Shown: positions 14,050 to 27,720 of the stretch, one piece after another
Layout of the letters: each line of letters begins with the position of its first letter
Position numbering within the stretch: position 1 is the stretch's first letter
Source of the DNA: the human T2T-CHM13v2.0 reference genome, Homo sapiens
Assembly: GCF_009914755.1 (NCBI RefSeq)
Contig: NC_060931.1
Direction: 5' to 3' (one strand)
DNA length: 64,000 nt
Notes under the pieces: generated by a model
What the model was told of the DNA's origin: nothing
What the model saw: only the letters and a program-made list of their open reading frames with translations
Database searches by the model: none
Program-made: the position numbers and the translations under genes

Positions 14050-14095
14050 GAGCCCATTTCACCTGTTTCACAGATGGGGAAACTGAGGCCAGGCA
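14050..14095 (-). mobile_element. MIR core fragment
   Basis: tttcacagatggggaaactgaggcc. Confidence 0.6.
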
Positions 14096-15274
14096 GCAGC
14101 CACACGGTGGGGTGGGGGCAGTGGGATGGGGGCTGCAGGCTGCCCACCTCTCTCCTTAGGAAGCCCCCGCCCCGTCCGCCTGCAGCCCTGCCGTCCATCA
14201 ATCTGCTGGGATCCTTGGGAACCCTCCACCGTTTCCAGCTTGGACCCCCTCCCAGGTAACAGGTTTCAGACGGCAGGACCACCCGTCTGCACAGGCGGAG
14301 CTTCTGCACGCCGGACAAGATGGGGCGCGGACTCCTCTCCGTGTGGACAGATGACGAGGAGCCCCCTCCCTGGGCTCAGTGGCAGCGAAAGCGGTTTCCG
14401 TCTGCTCGGGCCTGGGCCGATGCCTCTGTCTGCCTGGGCTTGTCCCCCGAGAGGGTGTGACCCGAGGGCACGTGGGTGGCTGTCTATGCCCAGGGACTCT
14501 GCAGCCATGCTGGGCGTCAGCCTCAGCCCCCAGGGCTTAGGAGCCGGCTCTCCCTCCCTCTCTCCCCGCCCCCAGCCCTTTGAAAGCTCAAGCTCTTCTG
14601 CAGACCTTCCCTAGGGTCACTGACCAAAGCGGCCATGTCCCCGGAAAGAATGCCCGGACGGCCGGGAGGGCAGTGTCACAAGTCTGTTTTTTCTCTAAAC
14701 AAGCAGGAGGAGGAGGCTGTCTGCCTCCCGCACTTGTTTCCGTCCACCCCAGGGGCCAGCAGCGGCTCTGTCCAGTGGGTTTCCCTGCAGGGCCATCTCA
14801 CCCCCAGACCCACAGTCAGGCTCTCAGAGCTCCAGGCAGATCAGAGCACCCCAGGCCCTCTGGACACACCAGAGCCAGTGCCCACACGGCACAGGTCTGG
14901 GCTGCGAGTTCAAGCATCGCGGCCTCAGGATGAGGTTCAAGCTGCATTCGGGGCGTTTGAGGCCTATTCAACTGGGCTGCACCACCCCGGCCGGTCCCAC
15001 AGCCACCACCCATCCTGCCCCAAGCTCCTTCCCCAGGGCCGGCCCTCCAGCCTCCAGACCATGGCTCCACTCTCCCGGCACAGAACAGCTTTTCCCACAC
15101 TCCGCCCGATGCACCCGCCAGGCCCTCCCCAGATGCACCTTGCTGTCCCCGAGCTCACACCCCCGGGGCCCCTGAGCAGCTGAGCTCAGGGGCCCGATGC
15201 TGGCAGAAATCGCCGCCAGAACCGTCTCGCAAGCCCCACCAACATCGCCAGGTGGAGACCCCACTCGTGTCTCC

Positions 15275-15697
15275 AGGAGCCCCCCAAGAAAATGACACAT
15301 TGGAGCCCTAACCTCCAATTCCACCACGTGACCTTATTTGGAGACAGGGTCTTTCTGGAGGTGAGAATTCATTTTGCCTCCTTTGGAGATAAGAGAATTC
15401 AAACAGGGTTCTTTGCGGGGAGCCCTGGTCCCATGGCTGGTGTCCTCATAAAAGGGAAATGTGGATGCAGATACAAACTGACAGGGGAAGAGGATGTGAA
15501 GGCACAGGGCGAAGACGGCCACCCCAGAGCCAAGGAGAGAGGCCGGGAAGATCCTCCCTCCTGCCCCCAGGAGGGCCCAGCCCTGCTCACACCTCCGTCC
15601 GGGACGTTGGCCTGCAGAACTGCGGGAGGACACTTTCCGTTGTTGAAACCGCCCGTTTGGGGGACCTTGCAAGGGCAGCTTGAGCAGGTGGACACCC
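15275..15697 (+). mobile_element. MaLR solo LTR relic (MLT1 family)
   Basis: gtgaccttatttggagacagggtcttt..ggtgtcctcataaaagggaaat..gtgaaggcacaggg.gaagacggcca..cagaactg. Confidence 0.8.
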
Positions 15698-18271
15698 CTG
15701 TCCTTGCCGGACAAAAATGCATCAGCTTCCCCCCACTCAGCAAGTGACCAGCTACCCATGGTGAGACGGCTGGAACTGGGACACAGCCCCAGCCACCGCT
15801 GCAAACCTGCAGGCTGTGGGATGGGGGCTGCAGGTTGCCCACCTCCGAGACATGGCATCCTCCAGGGTTTAATCTTCTCTTATTTGAAGCCTCAGAATTA
15901 AAATCAGGTATACCATGGCCCGGCTCCAAGACACACACCGTGGGCCAGGCACACAGTCGGTGCCCTATAAATGCGTGTGATGCATTTGTTCTGTGCTTGG
16001 TGAGATTTCTGTGGCAGTAACTTATTCTTTCAACACTGGCTGAAGGAATGAATTTGCCGTCTGTGTGTCGGTCACAAGATTTGCCCTGGCCAACTCTCCA
16101 CCGTGCGTGCCCCTGCCCGGCCACACCTGCCCCCACCACCCCTCTAACTGACCCACGACCATCAACTTCAGCCCATGGAGTCCAGCCGGCCTCTGCCCCG
16201 GCGCCTCTGGGGGCTCTTGGGAATGTATACCCCCCTCCAAATTCCTGGGTGGCCGACATCACACTGTTTACTTCCTGGAACAAGATTCCGCCATGGAGTG
16301 GGGAGGGCGGGGGGGTGCAGGACTTGGAAGGGAAGGAGCCCCAGCCGAGGCACATCCAGCACATCAGGAGAGAATCCCACGGAGAAGGGAGCAGAGGGAG
16401 TGGGGAGAGGCAGGTGGACGGACAGAGAGAGCTGGAGAGAGAGAGGAAGACCCCAGCGGAGATGGTGGAGGGAGGCCCAAGAGAGACAGGGACCAGATGG
16501 CACAGTCGGGATGGCAGAGAGGGGACTCGGGGAAGGAGCAAACCTCAGAGACAGCGAGGACATGGCCAGGCAGAGCTCAGGAGAGGAGGGGGTGGGCAGG
16601 GGGCGGTGACGACTGGGGAGGGGAGGCCGCAGAGCCCCCACCTTGCACACTGGGCCTCTGGAAGGAAAGTGTGGGGCCCTGGGCAGTCCCCCTGCAGTAG
16701 GTGGACAGGCAGCCCCCTCCCGCGCCCGTCCTGGAGGGTTCCGGCCAGAGGCGGCCACAGAGGTCTGGCTACAGGCCCTGGGGCAGGAACAGAAGGCCTC
16801 TGTCCACAAGCAGCTTCCTGCTGACCCAACCCCGCGTGGGAGAGGAGGTCAGCCCACCCTCGGCCCTGGCCCAGGAAGTGAGGGCACTGCCTGGGAGCTT
16901 CTGGGTGGGGGCCTCTGCGTGAGTCTCTCCCCTGGCCCCCAACAATAGTGGTGTCTCGGGGAGCCCCGCCACCCTTGGGAGCCACTGCTGGAGGGCTCCA
17001 TGCACTGCACAGCGGCCGCCCCAGCCACCCCCACTTCCTGGCCCAGCCCTGAGCCCGCCTCCAGAGCTGCAGGGACCAGGAAAACTTAAGGGACCCTGCC
17101 TTGGAACTGAGGGTGCAGCAGAGACCCAACTTCACGACACCCTCCCAAGGCCTGGCCACAAATCCGACAAATGCCCCCAGCCACGAACCCCAAGAAGGAG
17201 GCCGCAATGTTCTCCCACCTGCTGGACGGCTTCCTGCGCCACGCACAACGCCTGCCCTCCCTCCAGCCCTGCTCCCTCCCAGCCCAGACACGCTGTGCCC
17301 CCTGCCCCATCTGCCCGAGGGCTGTGCCTGGAGACCTGCTTGGGCCCAGGAATGAAAGGAGCCAGCCCATGGCAGAGCTGCTCCAGCCCCGACAGGCTGA
17401 CTGGCTGAGGGAGGTGAGGCGGGAGGTGGGGCTGTTTGTTCTGGGTGGTTTCTGAGCTCACCTGGCTGCCCAGCTGCCCTGTGACACCAGTATGGAAACA
17501 GCGCCCGGGGGCAGGCGCCCTGAGGCCTGGCTGCAGAGAACCCACAGCCGCAGGTGAGACAGGGCAGGCGGGCACAGGCAGGCTGACCAGGCAGGGGACC
17601 CGCCCACCCTGCCACCTCCTGGTGGGCGTGGCTGGGCGATCCTGTTTCCTGGCCGTAAAGCGGAGATTCACGGACACCTCTCTGTACCTGTGGGGCTCCC
17701 CAGTGTGGTCACACGTGGCTCAAGGAGCCGGAACATGGTACACAGGAATGTCCGGATCCCCGCCCCCTCCACCCGGGGTCGGTGGGGCAGAGGCAGAACC
17801 AGGAGCCCGGGTGCCCCACCTGGCTGGCCTGGCGCCCGAGCTGGTTCCTTCACAGCTGCTCTCCCTGAGGGCCAAGCGGAAGTGCTCTCTGCGTGCAGCA
17901 GGAAGGACTAAGGCCAGACAAAGGGAAGGACTTCCTGGTGGCAGAGCTACAGACAGGGAGACAGGACGTCCACCCTTCTGCTGTCAAGGGGTCTTCACTG
18001 GAAGGAGAGGGGAATGAGGTGGCAAGGGCGGGGCCTCACACAGAGTCTGACCTCAGAGCTGCCCTGAGAGGACAACCGGTCTGTGCCTGTCCCTCACACG
18101 CGTTTCCTCCCTTCCTGAAGACTACTGGGGACAGGAGGGACAGCCAAGGGCTGCATGAGGAGACCTCCACCCCAGCCACCACCTCATCCAGAGGCACGGC
18201 AGGGAGCAGAGGCTGAGGGCACGGGATGGGGGTGATGAAGGCACAGAGGCAGGCACGTCCAAAGAGCCAGG

Positions 18272-18912
<641 letters not shown>

Positions 18913-19044
18913 AGCAAAGGGCCCAGGCACCCATACAAGCGCATGTCCCCACACCCTGGTGCACACCCGACCCCCATGACACTCCGGGTTTTCCATCAGC
19001 CAGGGTCTACAGAGGCCCCCACGCCCCAACACCCATGGAAGCCT

Positions 19045-19290
19045 GTACTAGCTTCTTCCTACTGCCGTAACAAATTGCCACAAACTCTGGGGCTTAAAAC
19101 ACCAGGAATTTGTTTTCTCACGGCTCTGGAGGCCGGACTCCGACATCAAGGTGTGGGCTGGGCCTTGCTGCCTAAGGAGGTTCTCGGGGAGGGTCCTTCC
19201 TGCCTCTTCCAGCCCAGGACACCCTTGGCTTGTGGCTGCACCTCTCTGATCTCTGCCTCCAAGGGCACATGGCCTTCTCCTCTGTCCTTC
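19045..19290 (-). mobile_element. MLT1 LTR fragment
   Basis: ctgccgtaacaaattgccacaaact..ggcttaaaacacc..tctcacggctctggaggcc..atcaaggtgt. Confidence 0.8.
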
Positions 19291-19369
19291 TGCACGTGGG
19301 CACCTACTAAGCTCCTACCATATCTACTGAACCCCAACTGAAAGGCCCTTATCTGCAGAACTCCAACCA

Positions 19370-19470
19370 TGTGCTGCTATCTACCGAGCCCAGTTCCAGG
19401 CACCAGGGGTGCAGCAGTGAACAAAACAGAGCCCCCACCCTCTGGAGCTGACAGTCCAGTGGGGACAGAA
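19370..19470 (-). mobile_element. L2 fragment
   Basis: caggcaccagggg..cagcagtgaacaaaacaga..ctggagctgacagtccagtgggg. Confidence 0.6.
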
Positions 19471-21076
19471 CCAAGTCAGCCACAGCTTGGGTAACTCCAC
19501 ACCCACCGGAGCTGGGGGCAGAGGGCCTCCTCTCTCTCCCGCCTCCTTCCTGTTCTGGCCTCTGCACTCTCTGGAGCCACCCTGGGCTTTTATTCATTTA
19601 CCTGTTCCCTGTCTGTCTCTGTGACCGGAACATTGCTCCCTGCATCTGGAGGCTGAGGGGAACTGGCACAGGACTCAGTGCTGGGTACACAGCAGGTACT
19701 CAATAACTGTCAGTGCACTGAGGAGATACACAGCGACCACCGTGCCAGTGCATGCACATGCACCTGTGCTCACCCTGGGCACTGCCCACAGGCACGTCTG
19801 AGCCGGCAGGGAGTACAGAGAAGCTCCCCAGGACCAGAGGGCCCCAAATCTCCGGCGACACCAGTGATCCATGAAGCTGGTGGCCAGCAGCCGGTGGCAA
19901 CGCCTCTCCCCACCCCAGAGGCTTTTTGGGCTGGCCCCAGCTTGGATGCCTGGGCTCAGCCACCAGCCAGCCTCATCCAGGACCCTGCAGCCCCGGGGGT
20001 GGGGTCTCGCCTGCCTTCCTCCCCATTCCGGGTCCTTCTCCCAGTCTCCAGGTCCCTGGCCCTCTCCTTCAAAGCTCAGCGTCAGGCTTTCCATGTGGAA
20101 GCACGCACCTTGTGCCCAGCATCTTCTGCCTGCAAGGGCAACAGAGGCACGTTCCTGGCGAGGGAGAGCGGCTGCTGCCCAAACGCCAAATGGAAGCCCC
20201 TGGTGGCTCCACGAATGCATGTCACAACCTCAGAGCAGGGGCCGAGGCTGTTGCTCAAGACCCCAGCTTCCTGCAGAGAGTGGGACTGGCAGGACAGTGT
20301 CCAGGGGCACAGGGGAGGAGCCCCGGATCTGCGCAACGGGCTGGGGCTGTGTGACCTGAGCAAGGACCCCTCCTCTTAGCCTCGGTTCTCTGGTCTGCAC
20401 AGCTGCGGCCTGACAGAGGCCCCAGGTGCTGCCTGTGGCTCCTCCCAACCCCGAGACCTTCCCACCAAAAACACACTCAGGAGAACGCTTTGCCCAGAAG
20501 GTGCCTGGGCTGCAGGTGGCCGTTGAGGGCCCCCCTTCCTGAGCGTCTGGCCCCCAGCCCCGACACACAGATCTCTGTCCCAGCAAGCCTGGTCCCAGTC
20601 ATTTAGCCAAAGAGCGTTTGCTGAGTGAATAAACAATGGAGCAGGTCCAGGCTCGGGCCAAGATTCAGCAACGGGCAGGGCCAGCTGCCCAGCTACACAC
20701 GCCAAGACCCTCCTGGGGAGAGACAGCCTAGTCCTCAACCCCTGCCACCTCCTGCTGCTCCCAGAGATGGGGGCTGTTCTCCATCTCGGGCCCTATCACC
20801 CGGGGCCTCAGAGGCCCGGCTGGCAGCAGCACCTGGGGTCTGGGGGCTTCCTGCCCTGCACTGGCCGCTCCCCAACAGTGGCCCTGGCCACATCCCCCCA
20901 GGGGCCTGAACAGGCTGGGGGAGGGTCAGTGCCCATACGAGGGCTATCCAGGGACCCCATCTGGTGGCCAGGCCCCTGGGCAGTGAGAGCCTCGGAGGGC
21001 CCAAAGAGGCAGCTCTGCTGGCCTTTCCCAGGGACACAGAGGGGGACTGGACTGAAGCCAGGGCCCAGGAGCCGCC

Positions 21077-21097
21077 CTGAGTCACGTCTGACTCAGC
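21077..21097. promoter_or_regulatory. Paired inverted AP-1 sites; second overlaps an ARE-like TGACTCAGC
   Basis: cTGAGTCAcgtcTGACTCAgc about 220 bp into MICALL2 intron 1. Confidence 0.5.
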
Positions 21098-21229
21098 CGG
21101 CGGGCGGGGGATGCCATGGCTCTGGCCCAGCTGCATTCGGTGTCCGGGCACACTGAGGCCACTGAGGACAGCCTCGGGGGGCTGCACGGTGGGCTGTGCC
21201 TGCCCAGTCCCACGCCTCGGCTCCCCATC

Positions 21230-22150
21230 CCCCAGCCGCCCGGGCCTCAGTTTCCCCGCCCGTGTCAGCGCGCAGCCGAACAGCAGAAGAATCAAAGGGC
21301 GCCAGGCAGGACTTACATGAGGTCGGGCCGGTGGCGGTGCAGGATGGCGCAGAAAGCCAGGCCGTCGCGGAACGACGTGGTCATGTTGCAGATATTCACG
21401 TCGCGGTAGCCCTCGCACTGCTGCCGGCACCACTGTTGCAGCGCCCTGATGGCCGCCATGTGGGCGGCGCGCCCGCCGCGCGGCGGAACCGCCCTCCGAC
21501 ACCTTCCCGCGGCTGTGCCGCGACCGCCCGGCCGGCGGGACAGACGCTGGGACCGCTACGGAACCGCCAGACCCACGGCGCCCAGCCCCAGCTGAGCCGG
21601 ACTGAGGGCGACGAGTGCCGGGTCCCTAAGAGAAGCCGAGCCCGGCCCCGCCCCCGCCGGCCCCGCCTCCTTGTAGGCCCCGCCCCCAGCCGCCAAGTCC
21701 TGCCTCCGGATAGGCCCCGTCCTCACACCTCCCAGCCCCGGCATAGGCTCCCGCCCAGGCAGGCCCCACCTCCCGACAGGCCCCGCCCCCAGCCGCCGGG
21801 TCCTGCCTCCTGATAGGCCCCGTTCCCACGCCTCCGGGCCCCGGCACAGGCTCCCGCTCCAGGCAGGCCCCGACTCCGGACAGGCCCCGCCCCCAGCCTC
21901 CAGGTTTTGCCTCCCGAGAGGCCCCGCCCCACGCCGCCCGGCCCCAGTACGGGCTCGCGCCCTAGGCACGTCCCGCCTCCTGGTAAGTCCCGCCCCCACG
22001 CTGTCAGGTCCCGCCCGACAGGCCCCGCCCCACGCCGCCTGGCCCCTCCCCAGGCCCCGCCCCGCCGCTGAGGGCCGAGACCCCCAACCGGTGAATGGGC
22101 GCGGTCTGCTTGGGGGTCCTGCCATTCTGGACCCCTGCGGAGACCTGGAA
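21230..22150. promoter_or_regulatory. MICALL2: CpG island / TATA-less GC-box promoter of MICALL2
   Basis: Very high CpG density around exon 1; many GGCCCCGCCC (Sp/KLF) boxes at 21640-22070. Confidence 0.85.
21317..21459 (-). CDS. MICALL2: MICALL2 exon 1 coding part (143 nt)
   Basis: ATG at 21459; [47 protein letters not shown]; AT|GTAAGT donor. Confidence 0.96.
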
Positions 22151-23989
22151 TTTTCTTTTTCGCCGCCCCACCTCCCACCACCATCTCACCCCACCGCCAT
22201 GGAGAAGAGGCAGGAAAGGCCGTTGACAAACGGGGACACTGAGGCTCGAACACCCTGCCCTGTCTAGGGCCTCAGCCCTCGGCAGCCCGGCCTCCCGGGG
22301 AGCAGGAGGCGCCTTGTGTTTCAGGGTTTCAAAGGACGTCCGCATCTGGTTTCTCTTTCCAGGCCGCTACATGCCAGCGGGGGTTCCAGGCAAGGCAGAG
22401 GTGAGGCCTGGGCATTGCCAGAGGAGAAACTGAGGCCAGGAAGGGGGCCGTGGAGCCGGAGTTGCACAGCTGGCCTGTGCTTTTCTTCTGGGGGCCTGTG
22501 GGCAGGATCTGTTCCTGGGGCAGGAGATTCCTCAGGCTGACTTGCAGGGTAGTTCCAATTTTCCACTTTGAGCTGTGACAGAAGAAATAAGGAAAGTCCC
22601 TCTGCTGGGGCCCTAAATTATCCCAGACTGGCCCCTGGCCCCGTTATCCTTGGGGAACCTTGTCTGTGGCCACGGGGGCTGGACGAGGGCGGAATCACTG
22701 ACACCAGCCATGTGAGGGGGGCCTACCCTCCTGGCTGTGGGGCCAGGGCTTGTCTGGGCAGGGCCTGCAGGAAGGAAGGTGTTTTCCCGCAGTAGCCCCT
22801 GGCAGGGAGTCAGGGCAGCTTCTCTGTGCCCCTTGGGAGGAGGAGAAACTGAGGTCTTCCAACCCCAGCCAATGGTGCTGTTCCAGATCTTTTCTGAGGC
22901 TGGTCCCTGGTGAGACACCGTAGTGTTCATGGCCAGCTGCCTAAGTGTCAGTGAGGCCTGTGTGTAGGTGGTGAGCTCCCCGTCACCAGGGGCATGCAAG
23001 CAGCTGCTAGGCAGGGAGCCCTTGTGGCCTGGGAATGTGGCTGGCCCTAACCGCTGCTCCGCCACAGTCCCTGACCTGCGGATGTCAGGGGATATCGTGC
23101 CAGCACAGCCGGAGCCGGTCCTGGCACCGGGTTTTCTTGACTCCCAGGGCAACGGTTAGGAGAACCGGAAGAGCTGGAAAAGAAGGGAGAGATCAAGAAG
23201 CAGAAGCAGCGGGGCAGTGGGCGGGGGGAATTAGTGGGGGATGGGGGACACAGGGGTGGACAGGCGTTAGGGCCCAGCTCCCTTAAAAGGAGTGGTGTGG
23301 GAGGTGGCCTGGGTTTCACTTTTATCGTGAACTTTTACCACTGCACACTTAAAAAGCCATCTCACTGGTCACCCCGTGGCCCATCCTGCGCGGCCCCCCT
23401 CTGGCACCAGTGAGCTGGGAGGCAGCATTTGTGACGTTTGCCCACCAGCACCTCACACACCATGTCCCTCCAGGGTCCCCGAAGCCAGGAGCCAGGACAC
23501 CCCCAAACAAATGGTCCTTTCTCCCCACTGCCCACGGCTGCCACCCTCCCATCCAGACGACCTGTCCCCCCGCCTCTGCCCACAGGGCTGCCTCCTGCCC
23601 CTCCGGCCACCACAGTCCACCCTCCCCAGCAGCCCGAGGGATCTTTCTAGAAGGCCTGACCAAGCCCTTCCCCTGCCGGGAGCCTCCCAGGCTGTCCTTC
23701 GAATAAAGTCCAGGTTGCTTATCAGACTTTCCGCAGGCTTATCACGCTGCATCTCCCCGGCCGCACCCTGCCACGCTGACCCCAGAGCTTTGCGCCCGCA
23801 CCGGCCCCCAGCACCCGCCCCTCCTCCTCATCCTCCAAGACCCCCACCCTGAAGCCCCTTGGAGCCACCGAAGGCTCCCAGGGTCCCCATCTGTGCTCCC
23901 CAGGGCTGCCATGTGGACTCTGCACACGCCTCCCCCGTCCAACACAGAGCCTCCACCCGGGGAACCCGCTGCCTTCTGGCCTCACTGGG

Positions 23990-24140
23990 AAACTGCCTTC
24001 TCTCGGGCTCAGTTTCCTCATCTGCAAAGTGACATCATGGTCCCCTTCCACCAAGGGCTACCCCACGGCCAGGCACGCAGTAAATGCAGCATGATGTACC
24101 CACCCAGGCACGCAATAAATGCAGCATGATGTACCCAGGG
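23990..24140 (+). mobile_element. MIR fragment followed by a 38-bp tandem duplication
   Basis: ctcagtttcctcatctgcaaa; ccaggcacgca.taaatgcagcatgatgtaccca twice. Confidence 0.6.
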
Positions 24141-24622
24141 GTGGGGAACAGGTAAGAGCGGTGTGAGCTCAACAGGCCCCAGGATGGGGACTCAGATGGG
24201 GGCCCAGACTTCAGGCCCTTTAGAAATGATGATGACCTCAGCCTGGGACTAACAGAGAGAGAGAAAAAGGGGAGAAAGAGACAGAGAGAGAAAGAGAGGG
24301 GAGAAAGAAAGAGGAGAAGAGAGGGAGACAGAAGATAGAGCAAGAACCTCCCTAGGAAGGACCACGAGAACTGAGACCTGGAGGCTAAGCTAAGTAGGAA
24401 TCACTTTGTTGGAGAGGAAGGGGAAAGGGCAAAGGGAACAGGAGTTGTAAAGGCCCTGCGGCAGGAAGGAAGACTCGAAGATAGGCTGGTGTCGCTGGTG
24501 CAGGGGACTGGGAGGAGGTGCAGGGGCTGCGGGAGGAAGGGGTGCAGGCAGCAGGGCCCGGCTAGGCCCCTACTCCAACTTCTCCCACCAATTTCCATGC
24601 CTACATTGTCATTTGATACTTA

Positions 24623-25460
<838 letters not shown>

Positions 25461-26359
25461 TGGCTCTATTGATTCTGCACCTCAAAAAACTGAGGTTCTG
25501 AGAGGAAAGGAGGAGACTGGAGGGAGGGGAGGAGACAGGAGGGGAGGAGGGAGGGGAGAAGGCCCCCCGTTTCAGCCTGCCCTCTCAGGCAGCGGCCCTG
25601 ACTCTGACACCAGGTGAGGCCCGGGAGAAGGTCGGCCCAGCTGGTGTCCTACCCAAGTGTACACCCTGGTCCAGGACAGGACTTCCAGGCCAGATGACCT
25701 GTTTCCCCACTTCCAGCCTCCACGTGTTCTGAACCCCTCAAAGATGATGGAGGCAGGGAGAAAGGGGTCTCTCAGCCCATCAGGGTGGCAGGGCCCGTGC
25801 TGGGGACCCAGGGAGGACATGGCCTGAGGCATCGCTCATTTCAGTCCAAAACATCCACCTTGGCTTGCATTAGCTTAGCTCCTGGGTCCCCAAGAGGCGC
25901 TGCAGAGGTGGGGACCCAGGTGCCACACCCGGAGGGGTGGGGCAGGCTTATGAGGGGTTGACTCCTTCCACCAGTGGATTCAACCCTGAACGTCACCTGA
26001 CCAAGGCTGCTGGGCCAAGCTGGAACAGAATCGGATCCTTGAGTCTGGGAGGCGGAGGCGGTTCGGGAATGCAGAGGGCGTGAGAGAGAACCAAGGGAGG
26101 TGTCCTGGCCGAGTGGTGTTTCCCGCGGGACTTCTCAGAGCCTTCATCACCTGATACGCACCTCCACTCTTCCAGGGAGAGGACACACTGCACAGTGGTT
26201 CCCAAACTGACTTGCCCACAGGACCCCTGTGGACGGTTGTGGGGCACCACGTCAGCCCCCCTGCAGAGCGTGGAAGGGACGTTGCCCTCCCCACCCCCAA
26301 GGCTGCCATCAACCAATGCCATCCCTACTGCCCCCGGCAGGACAGGGAGCTGGAAGCTG

Positions 26360-26880
26360 TGACACCCCATTTTAAGGGGCCACCCATTAATTAATTAGGC
26401 TCCATGAATAATGCATGCCACCTTGGGTATATTAATAGCATATTTATATGGTGTGCTATGGGGAGTATACATTCTCGTCTGAACACCTCACAAATAATTC
26501 ACGACACCGCTCCTTCCCCAGCCTCCAGGAGATCCTGGCCGGTGCTGCAGCTGGGGCTGGTGGGCTGCTTCCCACAGCCAAATTTTACATTTCATTATAA
26601 ATGGCTTTGCTAGGCATGTCGGTAACTCGTGCATTTCCATCCACTTTATTATTAATGGCTTTGCTGAACTGTAGCAGCCCAACGCCGCGCACAGTGCGTT
26701 ATAAATATTTGATCCGGCATCTATGGTCTGCCATTTATCATTTATAACGGGTTACAAAAACATTATAAAACATTTACTGCACATTTATAGATCATTTTCG
26801 ACTACCACCAAAATGTGTTATAAATACATTATTAATCCTCTCCACGCCATTTATAGGAATCCCTTGTAACGGGGTCCAGA
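26360..26880. other. AT-rich island with imperfect inverted termini; candidate ancient DNA-transposon-derived element
   Basis: Sharp AT rise; acaccccattttaagggg versus revcomp of cccttgtaacggggtc; many TTATAAA/CATTTATA motifs. Confidence 0.45.
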
Positions 26881-27120
26881 CCCACCCCGCCCTCCCCCCC
26901 CCCCCCACCTTCAAGGAGCACAGAGTTTGCAAGGGGGCTGACAGGTGTCGCCGGGTGGCGGGACCGGGGCAGAGAAGCCAGCCTGCCTCTGATTGCTGTG
27001 TGTCCTTGGCCAGATCATGGCACCTCTCTGTTCAGAGGAGAAAGAGAACAGTGCAGATGCCTGGCCCTCAGCACCTACTGTGTGTCACACAGGTTGTTCA
27101 CTGCCCCCAAGTCTCAGGCA

Positions 27121-27720
27121 GTTTTTTGTTTTTTATTTTTTTGAGACGGAGTCTCACTCTGTCGCTGAGGCTGGAGTGCAGTGGCGTGATCTTGGCTCAT
27201 CGCAACCTCTGCCTCCCGGGTTTCAAAGGATTCTCCTGCCTCAGCCTCCCAAGTAGCTGGGATTATAGGCATGCACCACCACACCCAGCTGATTTTTGTA
27301 TTTTTAGTAGAGACGGGGTTTCACTATGTTGGCCAGGCTGGTCTCAAACTCCTGACCTCAGCTGATCCACCCGCCTCGGTCTCCCAAAGTGCTGGGATTA
27401 CAGGTGTGAGCCACCGCACCCAGCCTTGTTTTTATTTTCTGAGATGAAGTCTTGCTCTCACCCAGGCTGAAGTGCAGTGGTGCTATCTCAGTGATCTCGG
27501 CTCACTGCAGCCTCCGCCTCTCGGGTTCAAGTGATTCTCCCACCTCAGCATCCGAGTAGCTGGGATTACAGGCGCGCACCACCATGCCCAGTGCATTTTT
27601 AGTAGAGACGGGGTTTTGCCATGTTGGCCAGGCTGGTCTCGAACTCCTGACTTCAGCTGATCTGCCCACCTCGGCCTCCCAAAGTGCTGGGATTACAGGC
27701 GTGAGCCACCGCACCCGGCC
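27121..27720 (-). mobile_element. Two tandem Alus (AluS-like)
   Basis: Minus-strand Alu consensus at 27121-27425 and 27427-27720. Confidence 0.94.
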
